A stretch of 64,000 nucleotides of DNA, from assembly GCF_009914755.1 (NCBI RefSeq), contig NC_060926.1. One strand, written 5' to 3'. This DNA comes from the human T2T-CHM13v2.0 reference genome, Homo sapiens. Below are positions 1-16,638 of the stretch, in pieces. Under the pieces are notes generated by a model. The model made no database searches. It worked only from the letters and a program-made list of their open reading frames with translations, and was not told the DNA's origin. The position numbers and the translations under genes were made by a program. Position 1 is the first letter of the stretch; the number at the start of each line of letters is the position of its first letter.

Positions 1-438
1 AATGACCCTATATGGCAGATGCACCTGAATGTGTATACCGAGCTACGGAATCCAGGATTCATTCCTTGTCTGTGAGGGACATCTGAGCCCCACGCTCATC
101 CTGTGGAGCATGAGCCGTGCATGGGATTGAGACCTTTGGTTTTGGGTTAAATGGAGGTTGCCAGGTGGAGGTGGAAGTTGTTGGGGGAAGGGTGCTAAGT
201 GAAAATGCTATGTAAACTGCATGCTGTTTGCAAGTGGTCGCAGGTTTCCTGCCCAGCACACTGCCACTGGGCCTCCAGCCTCTCCCACTGGACTGTGTGT
301 AAGGCGGTCTCCTGTGCAGCCCGCCGCCACTGGACTGTCTCCTGTCTGTAAGCGCCCAATAAAACCTCATGCCTCATTTGCTGCCTCCAGATCTCTTCTT
401 GCCATTTCTGTTGAGGTTAATAGGGGTTCAGTATAATG
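1..438 (+). mobile_element. ERV-type solo LTR, 3' part (subfamily uncertain, possibly LTR47-like)
   Basis: TATA-like 'gctatgtaaact', AATAAA at ~358 and a U5-like end 'taggggttcagtat'; resembles ERVL-class LTR consensus from memory. Confidence 0.55.
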
Positions 439-961
439 CATGTTTAATAAGTACTCTGGGTTTTTCAAACTGTGTTCTCAGAAACCCTTAGGATTCCCCC
501 AAAGTATATTGGAGGCTACCAAGGGGGAGAGGTAAGAGGAGAACCAAGGTTGTTGACAGGAGGGGGGGTTCAAACACTCAACCCGCTTCATCTGCTTCAT
601 GTATTAAGCTTCAGTGTACAATTGCATTTGAAAAGAGGATTTTTTTTCCAAATTTTGAAAACAAGTCATAGCTGTTCATTGATAAGGGCCTCTTTAAAGT
701 TGGCAGTGTTCTCCTTTTGAGCCACAGTTCAGGACAGCCTCTCGCCCTTGTGACCACCTGTCCTTCCTGACACGCTGACCTTTAGTCCCTGAGCTGCCTC
801 ATACCTGGCCCATGATGCTAACTATCCACAATGACCCTGACTCCATTCACATTGTGGGATTGCCTGGCTCTGCCATTTGCCCCAATTACCAAATTCCTTT
901 ACTACTGAAAGAATGCTGGTCACACCAGAAATATGCTTTGTACAAATCATAGTACCTCAAG

Positions 962-1168
962 ACAGTGAGTCTCAAATATGGCTGTGGCTTTCAAATATTT
1001 TTCTGCACCAGAATCATCTGGAGAGCTTGTTAAAGCACAGATTGCTCAGCCCCAAACCCAGAGTTTCTGATTCCATGGGTCTGAGGTGGGACGTGAGAAC
1101 TTGCATTTCTAGAAAGATTCCAGGTGGGACTGATGCTGCTGGTCTGGTGACCACACCTAGAACAACTG
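962..1168 (+). mobile_element. MER5A (hAT-Charlie MITE)
   Basis: 'cagtg..tctcaaa' start, 'cagagtttctgattc', 'tgcatttcta', 'gatgctgctggtc', 'agaacaactg' end. Confidence 0.8.
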
Positions 1169-2344
1169 CCTTAAGATTAAATAATGTTGGATACAGCTTG
1201 GGTCCAATTCTCCTGTTAGGTGTTTTCTCACTGAGTAGTTCCTCCTTTGGTGTTAAAATATATGAGGAGAAGAAGTGCTGGAATGAAGAAATCAGTGTCA
1301 GTTGGGATTATGGCTCAGTCCTGCTCTGCACTAATTAGGTTTTGCTGGACTCTCCTGCCCAGCTAACAGCCATTTATGATATTGTTTCTGCAGGACAGTG
1401 CATTGCATAGTATGGTCCCCGTGCTGCTCATCGTATAGGCCCTGCCAGAATGGTTGGCAATGACAAGGATCTGACAGTAGCTTCTTATTGCCAGGGCTTG
1501 ATTAGAATGTGACAAGTCATTGCTGAACATTGGTTACCATAAAGGCAAATATTTTGTCTTCCCTGAAACAAATAGTAAGAGGAGAAAGTGTCCTGTTGTA
1601 GAAACTCCCATCTTTGTAGAGATTTCCATCCTTTCAGTCTTAGGCGCTTGCAGAAAGCTGGCATGGTGGCAAGGCAGAGGTGTCCTGTCAGTGGCCAAGC
1701 AAACAGCAAACACATGCTCATGGTCACTGCTGTCTAGGTCAGAGGCCTTCAAAGCTTTGATCAAATACAACACCAGTCACTGTTGGGAAATCCTCCTGGA
1801 CATGTCCCCTCAGTTGTTGAAATGTTTTGACCAGGCAAATGACTATAATTATTGTTATATTAAAAAAATAGCCTTTGAGTTTTTTAACCTCTGTAATGGT
1901 TCAGCTCTGTGGTGGAAAATATTTAACTTCAATTTTCAGAAGTACACCTGAGTGACTTTATTAACTACCCTTGAACAAATGCAAGGGGTGAGTTAATAAG
2001 GTGGTTACATTTGTGCAGGTGGTGGAGTGAGCATCTGTGAGACGGTGGAAAGAAAATGTTTGTGTTATGTTGGGTGGGTAAGGACAGGTAAAACCACCTT
2101 CTCCTTTTCTGTGTGTGAGGCTGGCTGGCTGCTTTAGGATAAATACTTCCAGGTGAGTGTGAGCACAGATGCTGCTAGGCATTGTCTGGGAGTACCCTGG
2201 AAGGTCAGGCCCAGCGTCTCTTCTCCACAGTGCTCTTGTGGGTGGATTTTCCAGCTCTCTTTATCCTGCTGCTGAAGGAAGTAGCAGACAATCAAAAACA
2301 TAAAAAGAGGTCCTGGGCATGATGCCCTGAAAAAACATTTCTAG

Positions 2345-2737
<393 letters not shown>

Positions 2738-3054
2738 TAGAATAATAAAAGCTAGCAATGTTGGCAGGCTTCCTGAGTTCCAGACTTTGTACTGGTTGCC
2801 TGACATTGAGGTGGGTTCTGTTAAAATGGGGTCGTATCATAGAAACATCGAATGTGCTTGAATGACGACATGTGCTTGGCAGAGGCAAAGAGATTGTGTT
2901 TAAACAAAACGACCTGCTCAAATGTAGAAAGACATTTTGAGAGCCAGTATGTTGGTCCTACTGAGTAGATTTGCAAGAGTAATTTTGACTGTAAGTGATT
3001 TTCATCTTAGGAACTAACTTCACTCCCTGCTTTGCTCCCCCTCCAAATGAGGCT

Positions 3055-3200
3055 TCTTTCAACCATCCCCAATTTATAGATGTTGCAGTTGAGGCTTAAG
3101 AGGGTTAAATAACTTGCTAAAGGTCATGCAGCCAGTTAGTGATGGAAGTCAGATTTAAACCTGTAAACCTATGCATTCCAACTCTGAAGGTTACGCTTGT
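3055..3200 (-). mobile_element. MIR
   Basis: 'ttttatagat..gaggcttaagagggttaaataacttgctaaaggtcatgcagccagttagt' MIR core. Confidence 0.7.
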
Positions 3201-3448
3201 CACCAGTGCTGGGGCATGCTGTGGTGTATGCAGAGCTGTGCAACCAGGTGACGGCAGAACTTGAAGCGCTGTCCACATGAGGAGTAACTGCAGGAATGGG
3301 TATATTGAGTCAGAAGAAAAGAAGTCACAGGCAGGGTGGTAGAGCTTCCTTCCAACCTTGTGGAAAGGGGAGGCAATGAGTGTAGCTCTGGGCATCCATT
3401 TTAACTTGGTAAGAGGCATGAAAGTTGTAAGAATCAGAATGTCACTTG

Positions 3449-3856
3449 TGTCAAAACCCTGACAAATAGAGCTGGGAGAGGCCACGAAAAGAAGGTTCTC
3501 ACACATATATGCCTGATAACAAGAACTGTCACAAAAACCTCTGCAAAACCACAACCTTGCACAAAGCCTGTGGCAGTCTTACACACAAAAACATATTTCT
3601 GCAAGGACATCTGCCCAGCAACTGCCTGTCCAACGTTGGGTTGATGCCACCATTGTTACTGATACCTGTACCCAAGGATAATTGTCTCAAAACAACTTAT
3701 ATAGCCATCCTTATTTTTCCTTGAAAAGCCCTTGTTTTCCTTTATCTCCCTGAATACACTCACATGGATTCCCATTGCAATGCCCATTCCTTAATAAATA
3801 TCATTTTTTTTTTTTTTAAAGAGAGTCTGCCTCGCTGATTGTTACTTAGGTTTGAT
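3449..3856 (+). mobile_element. ERV1-class solo LTR (MER65-like, tentative)
   Basis: TG start, 'aataaatatcatttt' poly(A) signal, similarity to remembered MER4-group LTRs. Confidence 0.55.
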
Positions 3857-4217
3857 AAGGTAAAGTCTTTTAAAGATGGAGCTGTTCCAACTTCACTGGG
3901 CTGTTTGCAGGTAGAGATCCTTGTTGGAGCTACTTAACTTGTGCAGAGAGATTGTAGATGAGTTTTAATCCTAGGGTAAGGTCCTGCCCATCCTGACAGT
4001 CAGTGACTTAAGCTTTGGCCACACTTTGGCCAGTTTGTATTTGTCCTCACAGAGTTCTGTGGGCTTTATGATAAGCTGTTTGATGGAATCCCCTTATATG
4101 GGCATGGCGATTTTTTTTTAAACAGCTTTATTGAGATATAATCCACATACCGTACAATTCCCTTAACGTATATAAGTCAATTTTTTTGTATATTATTTTA
4201 AAAATTATGGTAAAATT

Positions 4218-4712
<495 letters not shown>

Positions 4713-4859
4713 TTATTAACCATATCTGTGCTGATTTTTATTTTGACGACTTGTTCATACAGCCACAGCTGTGAGAGTTAATGCAGCAGGCTCAGCATGG
4801 TGGAATTAGCAGAAGCCCTGGAATGAAGTGAAGTGACTCTTTGGGAAGATTCAGTTATT

Positions 4860-5672
<813 letters not shown>

Positions 5673-5829
5673 CGAAGAACCACAATGGTCTTTTTTCTCT
5701 TTCTTCCTCATTCTCACTCCACAGAAGCCTGTCCCTAATCATTGTGTGAGCCAGTGATGACAAATACTGGCAAGAAATCTAAGAAAAAATTTAAAAATCA
5801 GTACTAGGAATACATAGTATTTAAGAGAT

Positions 5830-5923
5830 CGTGGCTTGGTCTCAAACTCCCTACCTCAAGTGACCTGCTCATCTTAGCCTCCCAGAGTGCTGAGATTACA
5901 GGCGTGAGCCACTGCACCTGGCC
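5830..5923 (-). mobile_element. Alu left-arm fragment (AluJ/FLAM-like)
   Basis: 'ggtctcaaactcc..gattacaggcgtgagccactgcacctggcc'. Confidence 0.8.
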
Positions 5924-6082
5924 TGCTCTTAATGATTATTTAAATTTATATTTGTTTAGTGATTACACATTATTTGCTTACTTCTGACATACTCTGAGTC
6001 TCACTCAGATCAGAGATTATAGGAGGGGGAATATATTTACTAGAATAATTTCTCCATTCAGAATGTCAGAAATAAGAAAGCC

Positions 6083-6741
<659 letters not shown>

Positions 6742-7112
6742 TTAAATTTTATATGTTACTGCTTGGAAAACAGAGCTTTGCTTGTTCCTTTCAGCTATTC
6801 CCTGATGAGCCCTTAAAGTCCACAATTCTGTTTCAGCTTAATTTCTGAAAATAGTTATACCACATTTTCACAGTAAGAGAGCTAGTAGCCAGATGCATCG
6901 TGTGTTTTGTTTGCAAATGCATCATCTGCTGTCTAGCTTCCTTCCATGGAGAGGAATGGCCTTATATTTCACAGTGAGGCTTCAACTGCTGCTCCCTTTT
7001 GGCATGTCAAAGTCTAATTACTGTGGTCTCTGTAGCAGGGGCTGTATCCACAGCCTGCGAATGTTTGTGTTCTACGATGATACTTGGGCATCAGTGACAT
7101 TTGAAAGGGGTG

Positions 7113-7317
7113 GTTTTTTGAGACGGAGTCTCACTCTGTCGCCCAGGCTGGAGGGCAGTGGCACGATCTTGGCTTACTGCAACCTCTGCCTTCTGGGTTC
7201 AAGTGATTCTCTTGCCTCAGCCTCCCAAGTAGGTCTCGAACTCGTGACCTCAAGTGATCCGCCCGCCTCGGCTTCTCAATGTGCTGGGATTACAGGCGTG
7301 AGCCATCATGCCCGGCC
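7113..7317 (-). mobile_element. AluS with central deletion
   Basis: Right arm joins directly to left arm at 'cccaagtag|gtctcgaactc'; TSD ttgaaaggg. Confidence 0.88.
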
Positions 7318-7799
7318 TTGAAAGGGTTTTTATTTTAGCATCAAAAATCTATGGCATGGCTTGGATTGCATTTCTTCTAGGCTGTTCCATCCTTAGTCAC
7401 ATAATGCTACTAATTCACCTGAAGGAATGCTGTCAAAATAAATCAAATGGTAATTTTAAAAGACTCTGTCTCATTCATTGTAGCTTTTACTCAGTTAAGA
7501 ACAGTTTGGAAATATGAGCCTTGAGCATGAGAACACTCACGTAGCATTTTATTTTAGCTTAATGCTGCTGGCTGTCATTTTGCCGCTATCACTGTTTTAC
7601 GCTGAATGGTTAAATGTGAGAAAGAAAGAACAAAATGGTAGCATATTGTGCTTGACTCATTGAGAAAGGCTGTTTTAGGTTAATGTAGAATTCCAATAGT
7701 AGAAAGAAAATTCTATCCCATATACAAATGTGACTTGCCTCTCAAGAGCTTCTTTGAAGGTTATTTTGGAGCGTGTGGGGGATGAATTTGGTGCATAGG

Positions 7800-8035
7800 A
7801 TAATAATAATTGACATCTGTCTGGTGCTACTCTGAACCAGGAACTGTCCCTAAGTGCTTTGCATGTATTAATTAATCTACATATAAGCGCTCTTTGTATT
7901 ATTTCCATTTACAGATAGAAAAATTGAGATGTAAAAAGATAATAGAAACAAGGCCACACAGCTAGTCAGTGTTGAGCTGGGGCTTGGTTTTGACTGTCCG
8001 GCTTCAGTGGACTCTGGCTTTAGCCACTATATGAC
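7800..8035 (-). mobile_element. MIR
   Basis: 'taataataat..ccaggaactgtccctaagtgcttt..ccatttacagat..aaggccacacagctagt'. Confidence 0.75.
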
Positions 8036-8619
8036 ACTCGCTAATCAAAGTAAGTTATGTTTTCTTAGTCTTTTTTTTCCCTTTATTTGAAACCAAGTTT
8101 CAGATGTTGATTTGCAAGTTGGCAGTCATTTCTGTTTTATAAAGCTTATTTTTTATTGCCCCAGTTTTCAAAAAAGCTTTTCTTGTTTAACATTTTTGCC
8201 TGATGAAAATAAAAGTCAACTTTTCAAACAGATTATACATGTTGATAATAGTGCTAGTCATATGAACCATTCATAGTATGTTAAGAATAAGTTTCAAAGT
8301 AAAAATAATGTAAGTTCCAACATAGTACATTTATCATATAGTCGAGTGAATAGTACTCTGTCTCACATATTGTTTAGATTGTAGAAATTACAGCCCTTAA
8401 AAATTTAAGTATGTTTAAAGTAGCCCTTAAGTGAATTAACATTTCTTTTTTAAAAAAATATTATTGATTTTTGCCAAACAATAAAAGTAATAACAGACTT
8501 TTAGAAAATCTGGAAAGTATAATATGGTATAAACAAAAAATTAACACTGTGTGTAATTTCACCACTTATAGGTAGATGATTCATTCATGTTAGCATTTAA
8601 GTCTATTTGCCTTCCAGCC

Positions 8620-10340
8620 CTCATTCATGCATTTACTCCTTCCACGATTACTAACTGATTATCTTCTAGGCGCAGGGCAAAAGCCGCAACTAAAATAGTC
8701 TTTCTCCCTGTGGAGCTTATACTTTACTGGAAGAAGTGGACAATGACCAGATAAATATGCAATATGATGTCAGGTAGGGAAAAGTGCTTTAAAGAAAAAC
8801 AAGGCAGGGTAGGAGGATAGAGGCACAAGGGCTGCTGTTTTGGGAAGGGCAGCCCCAGAGAAGGCTGAGTGATTTTAGGAAGGGAGCCTGTGACTGTCTG
8901 GTGAAGGACATGACAGGTGGGGACACAGCCAGTGCAAGGCCCTGTGATGGAAGCAGGCTTGGTGTGTCTGGGGACCAGCAAGCAAGCCAGGGTGACCGGA
9001 GTGTGGCACTCAAGGGAGTGCAAGGAAATGACATGGGAGAGATGGCAGAGGTTTGCAGGCTGTAAAAATAAGGGCTTTGCATTTCATTGAGTGAGGTGGA
9101 AGCCTTTGGAGGGTTTGAGGCAGAGGAGTAATGTCATCTGGGTTTGGTTCTAACAGATTCCTTCTGGTTGCTCTGGTGAGAATAGACTGCAGGGGATAAG
9201 GTGGCTGGGAGAAGGGTTTGCGGGGAGGTGGTGAGAAAAATGGTCAGATTCAGGATGTCTTTAAAGTAGAGCTAACAGGATTTGGAGCTGGATTGGATGT
9301 GTGTTATGATGAAAACAGAAGAGTCACATATAGTGATAACTTGGTGTTGTGGTCTGAAATATTGCCCTTCCCTGATTCACGTGAAGTCCTAACCCCCAGT
9401 ACCTCAGAATGTGAGCTTCTTTGGACATAGGGTCCTTGCAGATGTAATTATTTAAGATGAGGCCATTCTAGAGAGTGTGTATGTGTGACGTAATCCAGTG
9501 GACTGATGTCTTTATGAAAAGGGGATATTTCAGCATAAGCATATAATAAGAGGGAAGATGTGAAGATATAGCAATAAGGACATCTGTTAAGCCAAAGAAC
9601 GCTTGAGGCTACCAGAATCTAGGAGAGAAGGATGAATAGATTATCTTTCAGTCCTCAGGAGGAACCAGTCTTACTGACATCTTGATTTCAGATTTCCAGC
9701 CTCCAGAACTGAGTGGTAGTAAATTTCTCATTTTGTGATACTTCGTTATGGCAGTCCTAGTAAACTAATACACTTGGTGAGCAACCTTGTGAATGGCCGT
9801 CCCTTTTAAGGCAGTGAATGCCAGGAAGGAGCAGGTCTTAGAGTTTGGGGTGGATGGAGGGGACAGAAGACATGCTAAGTTTGAGAAGCCTGTTAGATAC
9901 CCACATGGAGGCATCGATGAGACCGTTGGATGTGGAAATCTGGAGTTCCAATAAGAGGACAAGGCCAGACATCTAAGTTCGGGCACTGAATTAGATCTTC
10001 AGGAGAAGGGTCCAAGGATCAAGGAGGCCCTGGGAAATTTTGACATTTGGAGGGTGGGGAGAGAAGGAGGAGACAGGAGACAGAGCAGAGGATGGCAGTG
10101 AAGTGGGAGAAGGCTGGCAGGGCGTGGTGGCTCAGCAGCCATGGGGGGACATGGGGAGGAGGAGGGACCAGGCCTCTGTGGCCAGCATGGCTGATGGTCA
10201 GGAATGGAGAGGACCAAGAACTCCCACTGGATTTAGCAGCCTGGAGGCCACTGATGACTTGGACAAGAACAGATTCCGTGGAAAAGCGGAAAAGTGGATG
10301 CACAAGGCTGATTGAAGGGAGTTCAAGAGGAAGTGGCATT
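8620..10340 (-). mobile_element. L2 fragments split by an MLT1 LTR
   Basis: 'tcattcatgcattta', 'ggagcttatact', 'aaagtagagctaacaggattt..gattggatgt', 'ggatttagcagcctggaggccactgatgacttg'. Confidence 0.7.
9345..9772 (+). mobile_element. MLT1B-like MaLR LTR
   Basis: 'gaagtcctaacccccagtacctcagaatgtga' and end 'ttatggcagtcctagtaaactaataca'. Confidence 0.8.
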
Positions 10341-10384
10341 ACATCATAAGCATTATCCAGTGTCATTAAAAATCTTTTTCAATC

Positions 10385-10708
10385 AGAGGCTGGCTAGGAA
10401 GAGTGCATGGGTGTGTGGGGGGGATGAAGAGAAATTGGTTAATGAGCACAAACATACAGTTAGATAGAAGAAAGAAATTCTGAGTTTGATAGCAGAGTAG
10501 GTGGCTAAAGTTAACAACAATGTGTTGTATATTTCAAAATAGCTAGGAGAGAGGACTTGAAATGTTCCCAACACATAGAAATGATAAATATTCGGGGTGA
10601 TGGATGCCCTAAATATGCTGACTTGATCATCACACATTCTCTGCAGGTAACAAGATATCACATGGACCCCATAAACATGTACAAATATTATGTATCAATT
10701 AAAAAAAG
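10385..10708 (+). mobile_element. L1MA 3' end
   Basis: 'acagttagatagaag..tatttcaaaatagctaggagagaggacttgaaatgttccca..tatgtatcaattaaaaaaa'. Confidence 0.8.
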
Positions 10709-10715
10709 TTTTTGA

Positions 10716-11054
<339 letters not shown>

Positions 11055-11358
11055 TAATCCATTCTTTACTTGTTTTATGGGTAGGATGGTTCTAACTTTT
11101 ACCACTATATTGGTTGTGATACTGCAGTGGACATATTTGCATACAAAATTCCCTAGATTAGGAATGACAAGACACAACAGGATGATTATTTTTAGGGCTT
11201 AATCCTAAAATATGGCCAGTCATTTACAGAAAGTCTGTACCAGTGTACACTCCTCTTGGCATGTAGGAGTGGGCTTGTCTCACTGCACAGCTCCCCTCCA
11301 TGTATTTTTGAATTGACTAGAACATCCAGAAAAGCATTGTTACAGAGGTGATGGTAGG

Positions 11359-11735
11359 GCTTATGGGCTGAATTTTGTTTCCCCAAAATTCTTCTATAGA
11401 AGTCCTAATCCCCAGTATCTCAGAATGTGAGTGTATTTGGAATTAGAATCTTTAAAGAGGTAATTAAGTTAAAGTGAGGTCATTAGTGTGGGCCTTAATC
11501 CAGTGTGACTGATGTTCTTATAAGAAGAGGCAATTTGGACACAGAGACAGACACAGAGGGAAGACCGAGTGAAGTCACAGGGAGAAGACGGCCATCTACA
11601 AGCCAGAATGAGGCCAACTCTGCTGATGCATTGACCTTGGACTTTTAGCTCCCAGAATTGTGAAAGAATAAATCTCTGTTATTTAAGCCCCTGACTCTGT
11701 GGTACTTTGTTATGGCAGCCTGGCAAGCTAGTACA
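11359..11735 (+). mobile_element. MLT1A/B MaLR LTR
   Basis: 'tatgggctgaat..ccccaaaattc' start, 'aataaatctctgttatttaagcc', end 'ttatggcagcc..tagtaca'. Confidence 0.82.
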
Positions 11736-14700
11736 GTGGGCATTAGTGTTTTGTTCCTGATTTACAGGATGATGTCTCTGGTGATTATACTAAATCATAC
11801 TGGACCTGCATACTAGACACATATATTTAAGAATATATTATAATTTATCCTCCCAAACCTGATCGCTTATGAAACATAAATCCTGAATCAGTGGGGTCTA
11901 TTCCCATTTTGCTGCTCTGTGGCAGATTTTAACACTGACATTTGGCCTGGTCCGTGTGTTATTTATTTCTCTCCGATTTCAGGTCTCCTGGTTAAATTCA
12001 TGGTCTCAGGGAGGTCTTTCCTAACTCCCTGACCCCCACTGTGATCACCCCCCATCAGACACTCCTCTTCTCTTTCCGAAAGACTGGTAATAGTTATAAT
12101 TACTTTCCCTGTGGGGTCTCCCTGGCTGGGTTGTGAATGCCAAGGGGCAGAGATGATGTAAAAACATCATCTCTGTTTCCAGTTCTAGCCACAGGGCGTA
12201 TGACAGTGCCTGGTGCAAAATTGAGCATAGAATTGTCACTCAGTATTTTGTTGAATGAATAAGGCATGAGTCAAACTTGGCCACTTGCCCAAGGGCACAG
12301 AGCTGGGATGGGGTGGGGGGGGCTTCACACTCAAATCTCTGTGACCCCAGAGCATAGCTCCCTCTTGTACGTGTCTGCTCATCAGTAGATGAGCTTGGGC
12401 AAGGAGGTGTGTAGTCACATTTTTTGATTTTCTCTCAGGCTCGGTAGTAGCTCCTCAAGGAAACAAACCATTTCTAAGAATTCTTTGTATCCTTTATGGT
12501 CCCTTGAATATAATAACTCACAAATATTTGCCAATTGTCCAATTAAGGCCGCCATGTTCCTCTTTCTACACCTTTGTTATTATGACACGTAGCTGTATGG
12601 TGATTCTTTTTCTGTACTTGTGTCTTTCCTATTGGACTCTGATCTACTTGAGAGCAAGAAATTTGTCTCCATCTTTTGTCTGCAGTTCTTGGCACAATGC
12701 AGGCATTTAAGAGGGGGCTCAATTGGATGAATAAAGATAACATGGATGGGATTAAAACAAATTTAAAGATTATTTAGAAAGGTATTGTCTTCCTTTGAAT
12801 GAACTCTAAAGATAACAGTTATAACAATATATGTGCATAATAGTTTACAGTCTGTAAAACCCAAGATTTTTCAAAATATGTACTCATCATACATATATAC
12901 TAGCATGAATGCACAAAGTAAAATTATACTATTAGAGAAGGTGCTTAAGGAGTGAATGGCAGTGAATAATGAAATAACGTGTTTTAATTCACTTTATCAA
13001 TGCTTTAAAAGCTGGTAGTATCACTTTATAGTTCTAATTTTGAATGGCTGTTAATACCATATTCTACTCAACCTTTATGGTTCTTTTAAATTTTTTCTTG
13101 GCACAAATAGCGCTGCTGTGGACACCTACATATATGTATGCCCAGTTATTTCCTTTTTTTGATTATTAGAATAAATTTCTAAAAATGAGGCTACTGAAAT
13201 ATTTGAAACATATTGTTAAACTGCTTTCTAAAAAGGCTTGTACCATATTCCTTACCTCCTTTGCAGCACTTAGTACTAATATTTATATTTTCTAAAAAAT
13301 TAGCCGTGATGTATCTCCTTGTTTTAGTGTTCATCTCTTTTGATGACTTTGTTAATTTGGACATTACCCTATAAGTTTCTTTACTAATTTCATTTCCCTC
13401 TGTCTAAATTATCTATTTCTGTTCTTTTTTTCATTTTTTGATTTTGGTCTTCCTTTGTTAAAGGCAACTTTTATTAATTTTTTTTATATAATAGCATTTT
13501 CAGAAAAATTTTTTTTCTGGGTTATTTTTTTCCCTTTTGCTATTTTAATTAATGTTAAATGCTTATATACACTAAACTGTAGATAGATATTTTAACTTTT
13601 TCTTTTTTTTCATTGAATGCCTGTGATTAAAAAAAGTTATACATGGCAGTGATAAGATCAGAAACAATCCAGGAAAACTGCTGGTTGTTTTGTATTACAG
13701 GACTTGTGATTTAATTACGTTATATTCTGTGAGTGCTTTTACAACTATTGACGGTATTGGGAAGAGTGTGTTTGGGCCCAGCTGACCACCTATTTTAAAT
13801 TACATCACATGGTTAACAACCACTCCTGCTGAGCTTAGGTTTAGAAAACTTCAAGCTTCCAGAACACAGCTCTTGGGGAGCTGGGAATTCTGGGGCTGTG
13901 TACTTGACATAAAGGCATTAAACTCCTGAATGAAACATGAGATTCTGTACCCAGCCTTTGTGACTTGTAGTCCCTTTAATTTTTGCTATGCTCAACTATC
14001 TGGTTGGTGAAGTTGTTACTCGTAAGATTAGAAAGGCAAATAGGGTAGGAAAATAGGGTGGAAAGAATGCTTGTGTGACTTGACGATCTGACTCAGAGGG
14101 AAGAGAGAGAACAATGAAAGCAAACACCCATCCCTCACAGGTTTCAAATAGATTTTCATAAGGATGAAAGACCTGTAAAGATTTATTAAATATATTGGTG
14201 ATTGATGGGCATGGTCCACGTATTTAGAAAATTTCATTATGTGGAATTCTTCATTATTCCAGGAGACTGGATAGAAAAGGCATTGGGATGTTATGCTAAT
14301 TTTTTTTTCTCTTTAGGGATTTTGGAGGAGGCTAACCCAGAGACATTTACAACGAAACAACAGCATTTATTTGGATTTGGTACAAGGAGCAAGCAGACAG
14401 AGTAGACTAAAATGTGTGACCTCATGCTATATTTCTTGTGATCTGATATCACTTAGTGTTATTGAATGACTTCAAAGGGCAGCTGGGAATTACTGTGAAG
14501 ACACACACAGCAAAGCAATTTCTCACCTGCTGTCTCTGATCACAGAAGACACAGTTAGACTCACATTTCTCCCCAGGACACATGCGGTAGACATGCTGCA
14601 ACTTGTTTGGAGAGAAAGGCAAGGGGCAGAGAGTCACACTGTTTGCACTGTGTGGACTGAGACAAGTTTTAAATATAACTAAGGGTTACTTTTTTAGAAT

Positions 14701-15031
14701 TAAAAACAGTAGAAGCTGAGCTTCAGGGCATGGGTTACTTCCTAAAAATACAATCACTGAACTTTTAAAGAACTCTAGGATCAGCTTGTCAAACTGGAGT
14801 AGATACGAATGTGAAAGACATCTGAGACTCTTTAGTACTTGGCGCACAGATTGAGAATTAACTCAATTTTGACTGTTTCAAATGATGAAAGTATTTTCAG
14901 AAGACCAACCTGGTAGCCAGGATGGTGTAGGGTTTTGTTGCTTAACCTGCTCACCTAGATCTTGATGTCAGTGGGCTTTCTGCAAGCCCACTATCTGAGT
15001 TTATCGCTGTCTTGGTGGCAGTTTTGGCCAC

Positions 15032-15092
15032 TTTTTTTTTTTTTTAAGAGATGGGGTCTTGCTATGTTGCACAGGCTGGACTCAATCTCCTA
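15032..15092 (-). mobile_element. Alu/FLAM fragment
   Basis: Poly-T followed by 'agagatggggtcttgctatgttgcacaggctgga'. Confidence 0.7.
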
Positions 15093-15681
15093 AGTGCCTA
15101 CAATAACCTCCTAAATGTTATGCCCCTTGTGATGTTCTCTTCTCTTTGACCTTGACCAGTTTGCTTCACTGTCGCTACTCTTCAGAGTTCCTCTACAACA
15201 CATTGGATCTGGTTTCTGAACCTGTTTCTATCTGTAACTATAACATAAGGTTAAATGTCACTACAGACTTTGTGTCTTTGCAGAGTTTACTTGAATTTAA
15301 TTTTGATGGAAAAACATCTGCTTTGAAGGATTGGAGACTGCTTGATTGAATAAATCGCAAATCAAGTCTGCAAGTGTAGATGTTACCATGTAATGAATTA
15401 AGAGACCATTGGCCATCTTTCCTTTATAGACGTCCTTAAATCCCCCAGCATCATTTGGAAAGTAGTGGCTCTATGTTTATATCAGTCAGTCAACCAAGTT
15501 TAGGCTCCTATCCCAGGCTACAGAAAGTTCTGCATAAGTCACTTAACTGACCTCACAGCTTATAACCTAGTTGTCAAATAGGAGAGAAGTGTAAGAAGTT
15601 GACTAGCATGTGGAATGTGAATGATGACAGTGGACAAGAGCCAGATGGTACAAAGGTCGTGATAGGGCTGGGTGGGTGGGT

Positions 15682-16099
15682 CTGTTAGTCACTTCTCACA
15701 CTGCTATAAAGAAATGCCTGAGACTGGGCGATTTATAAAGAAAAGAGGTTTAACTGGCTCATGGTTCTGCAGGCTGTACAGGAAGCATAGCAGCTTGTGC
15801 TTCTGGGGAGGCCTCGGGAAACTTCCAATCATGGCATGAGGCAAATGGGGAGCAAGGCACAAAACATGACCAGAGGAGGAGGAAGAGAGAGAGTGGGGAG
15901 GTGCCACACACTTTTGAACAACCAGATCTCAGAATCACCCACTCACTCACTATTGCAAGAACGGCATGGATGGGATGGTGCTAACCCATTAATGAGAACT
16001 CTGCCCCATAGTCCAGTCACCTCCCACCAGGCCCCACCTCCAACTCTGGGGATTATAATTCAACAGGAGATTTGGTAGGACTCATACCAAACCCTGTCA
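15682..16099 (-). mobile_element. MSTA/MSTB MaLR LTR
   Basis: 'ctgctataaagaaatgcctgagactggg..tttataaagaaaagaggtttaa..' through 'gagatttgg..caaaccctgtca'. Confidence 0.85.
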
Positions 16100-16454
16100 G
16101 TGGACATTTGGGAGAGACTTCATACAGAAGGGTGGGAGAAGGGTGGGCTTGAAGGCATTGGAGGTTTTAATTGTTCTCATTGGATTGAGGGGCCTGTGCT
16201 CCTGCATAGGGCTCCCTCTGTGCAGAGACAAGGAGGTGGGAATCCCAGAGGTTGGGTGAGCTTCTGCAGGGGTAGACCAGTGAGAAGTGAGGGTGGAAAA
16301 GGGGGTTTGGGTTAGATGTAGATGGCCTTAACATTTACCCTTGGTCAGCTAAAATGTGTGGAAAGTTTTTGAATGAAAGGGAAAAAAATGATTCAAAGAG
16401 TAGCGTTTTAGAAGACTAGTCTGTCCGCAAGCCTGGATTAGGTTTTTGTTCCTA

Positions 16455-16638
16455 ACCCACTACTTTTCAGACTTGGCTGTATATTTCAGTCACCTGGGGA
16501 GTTAAAAAAGTACTGAAGCCTGGAGCCCTCCCCCGCTAGAGATTCTGATTTAATCTGTTTGGAGTTAGGCCTGGGTTTGGGGAGTTTTAAAAGTTCCCCA
16601 GGTGATTCTAATGTACAGCCAAGCCTGAGAACCACCGC
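16455..16638. mobile_element. MER5-type MITE
   Basis: 'tcacctggggag..gagattctgatttaat..ccccaggtgattctaatgtacagcc..tgagaaccac'. Confidence 0.75.
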
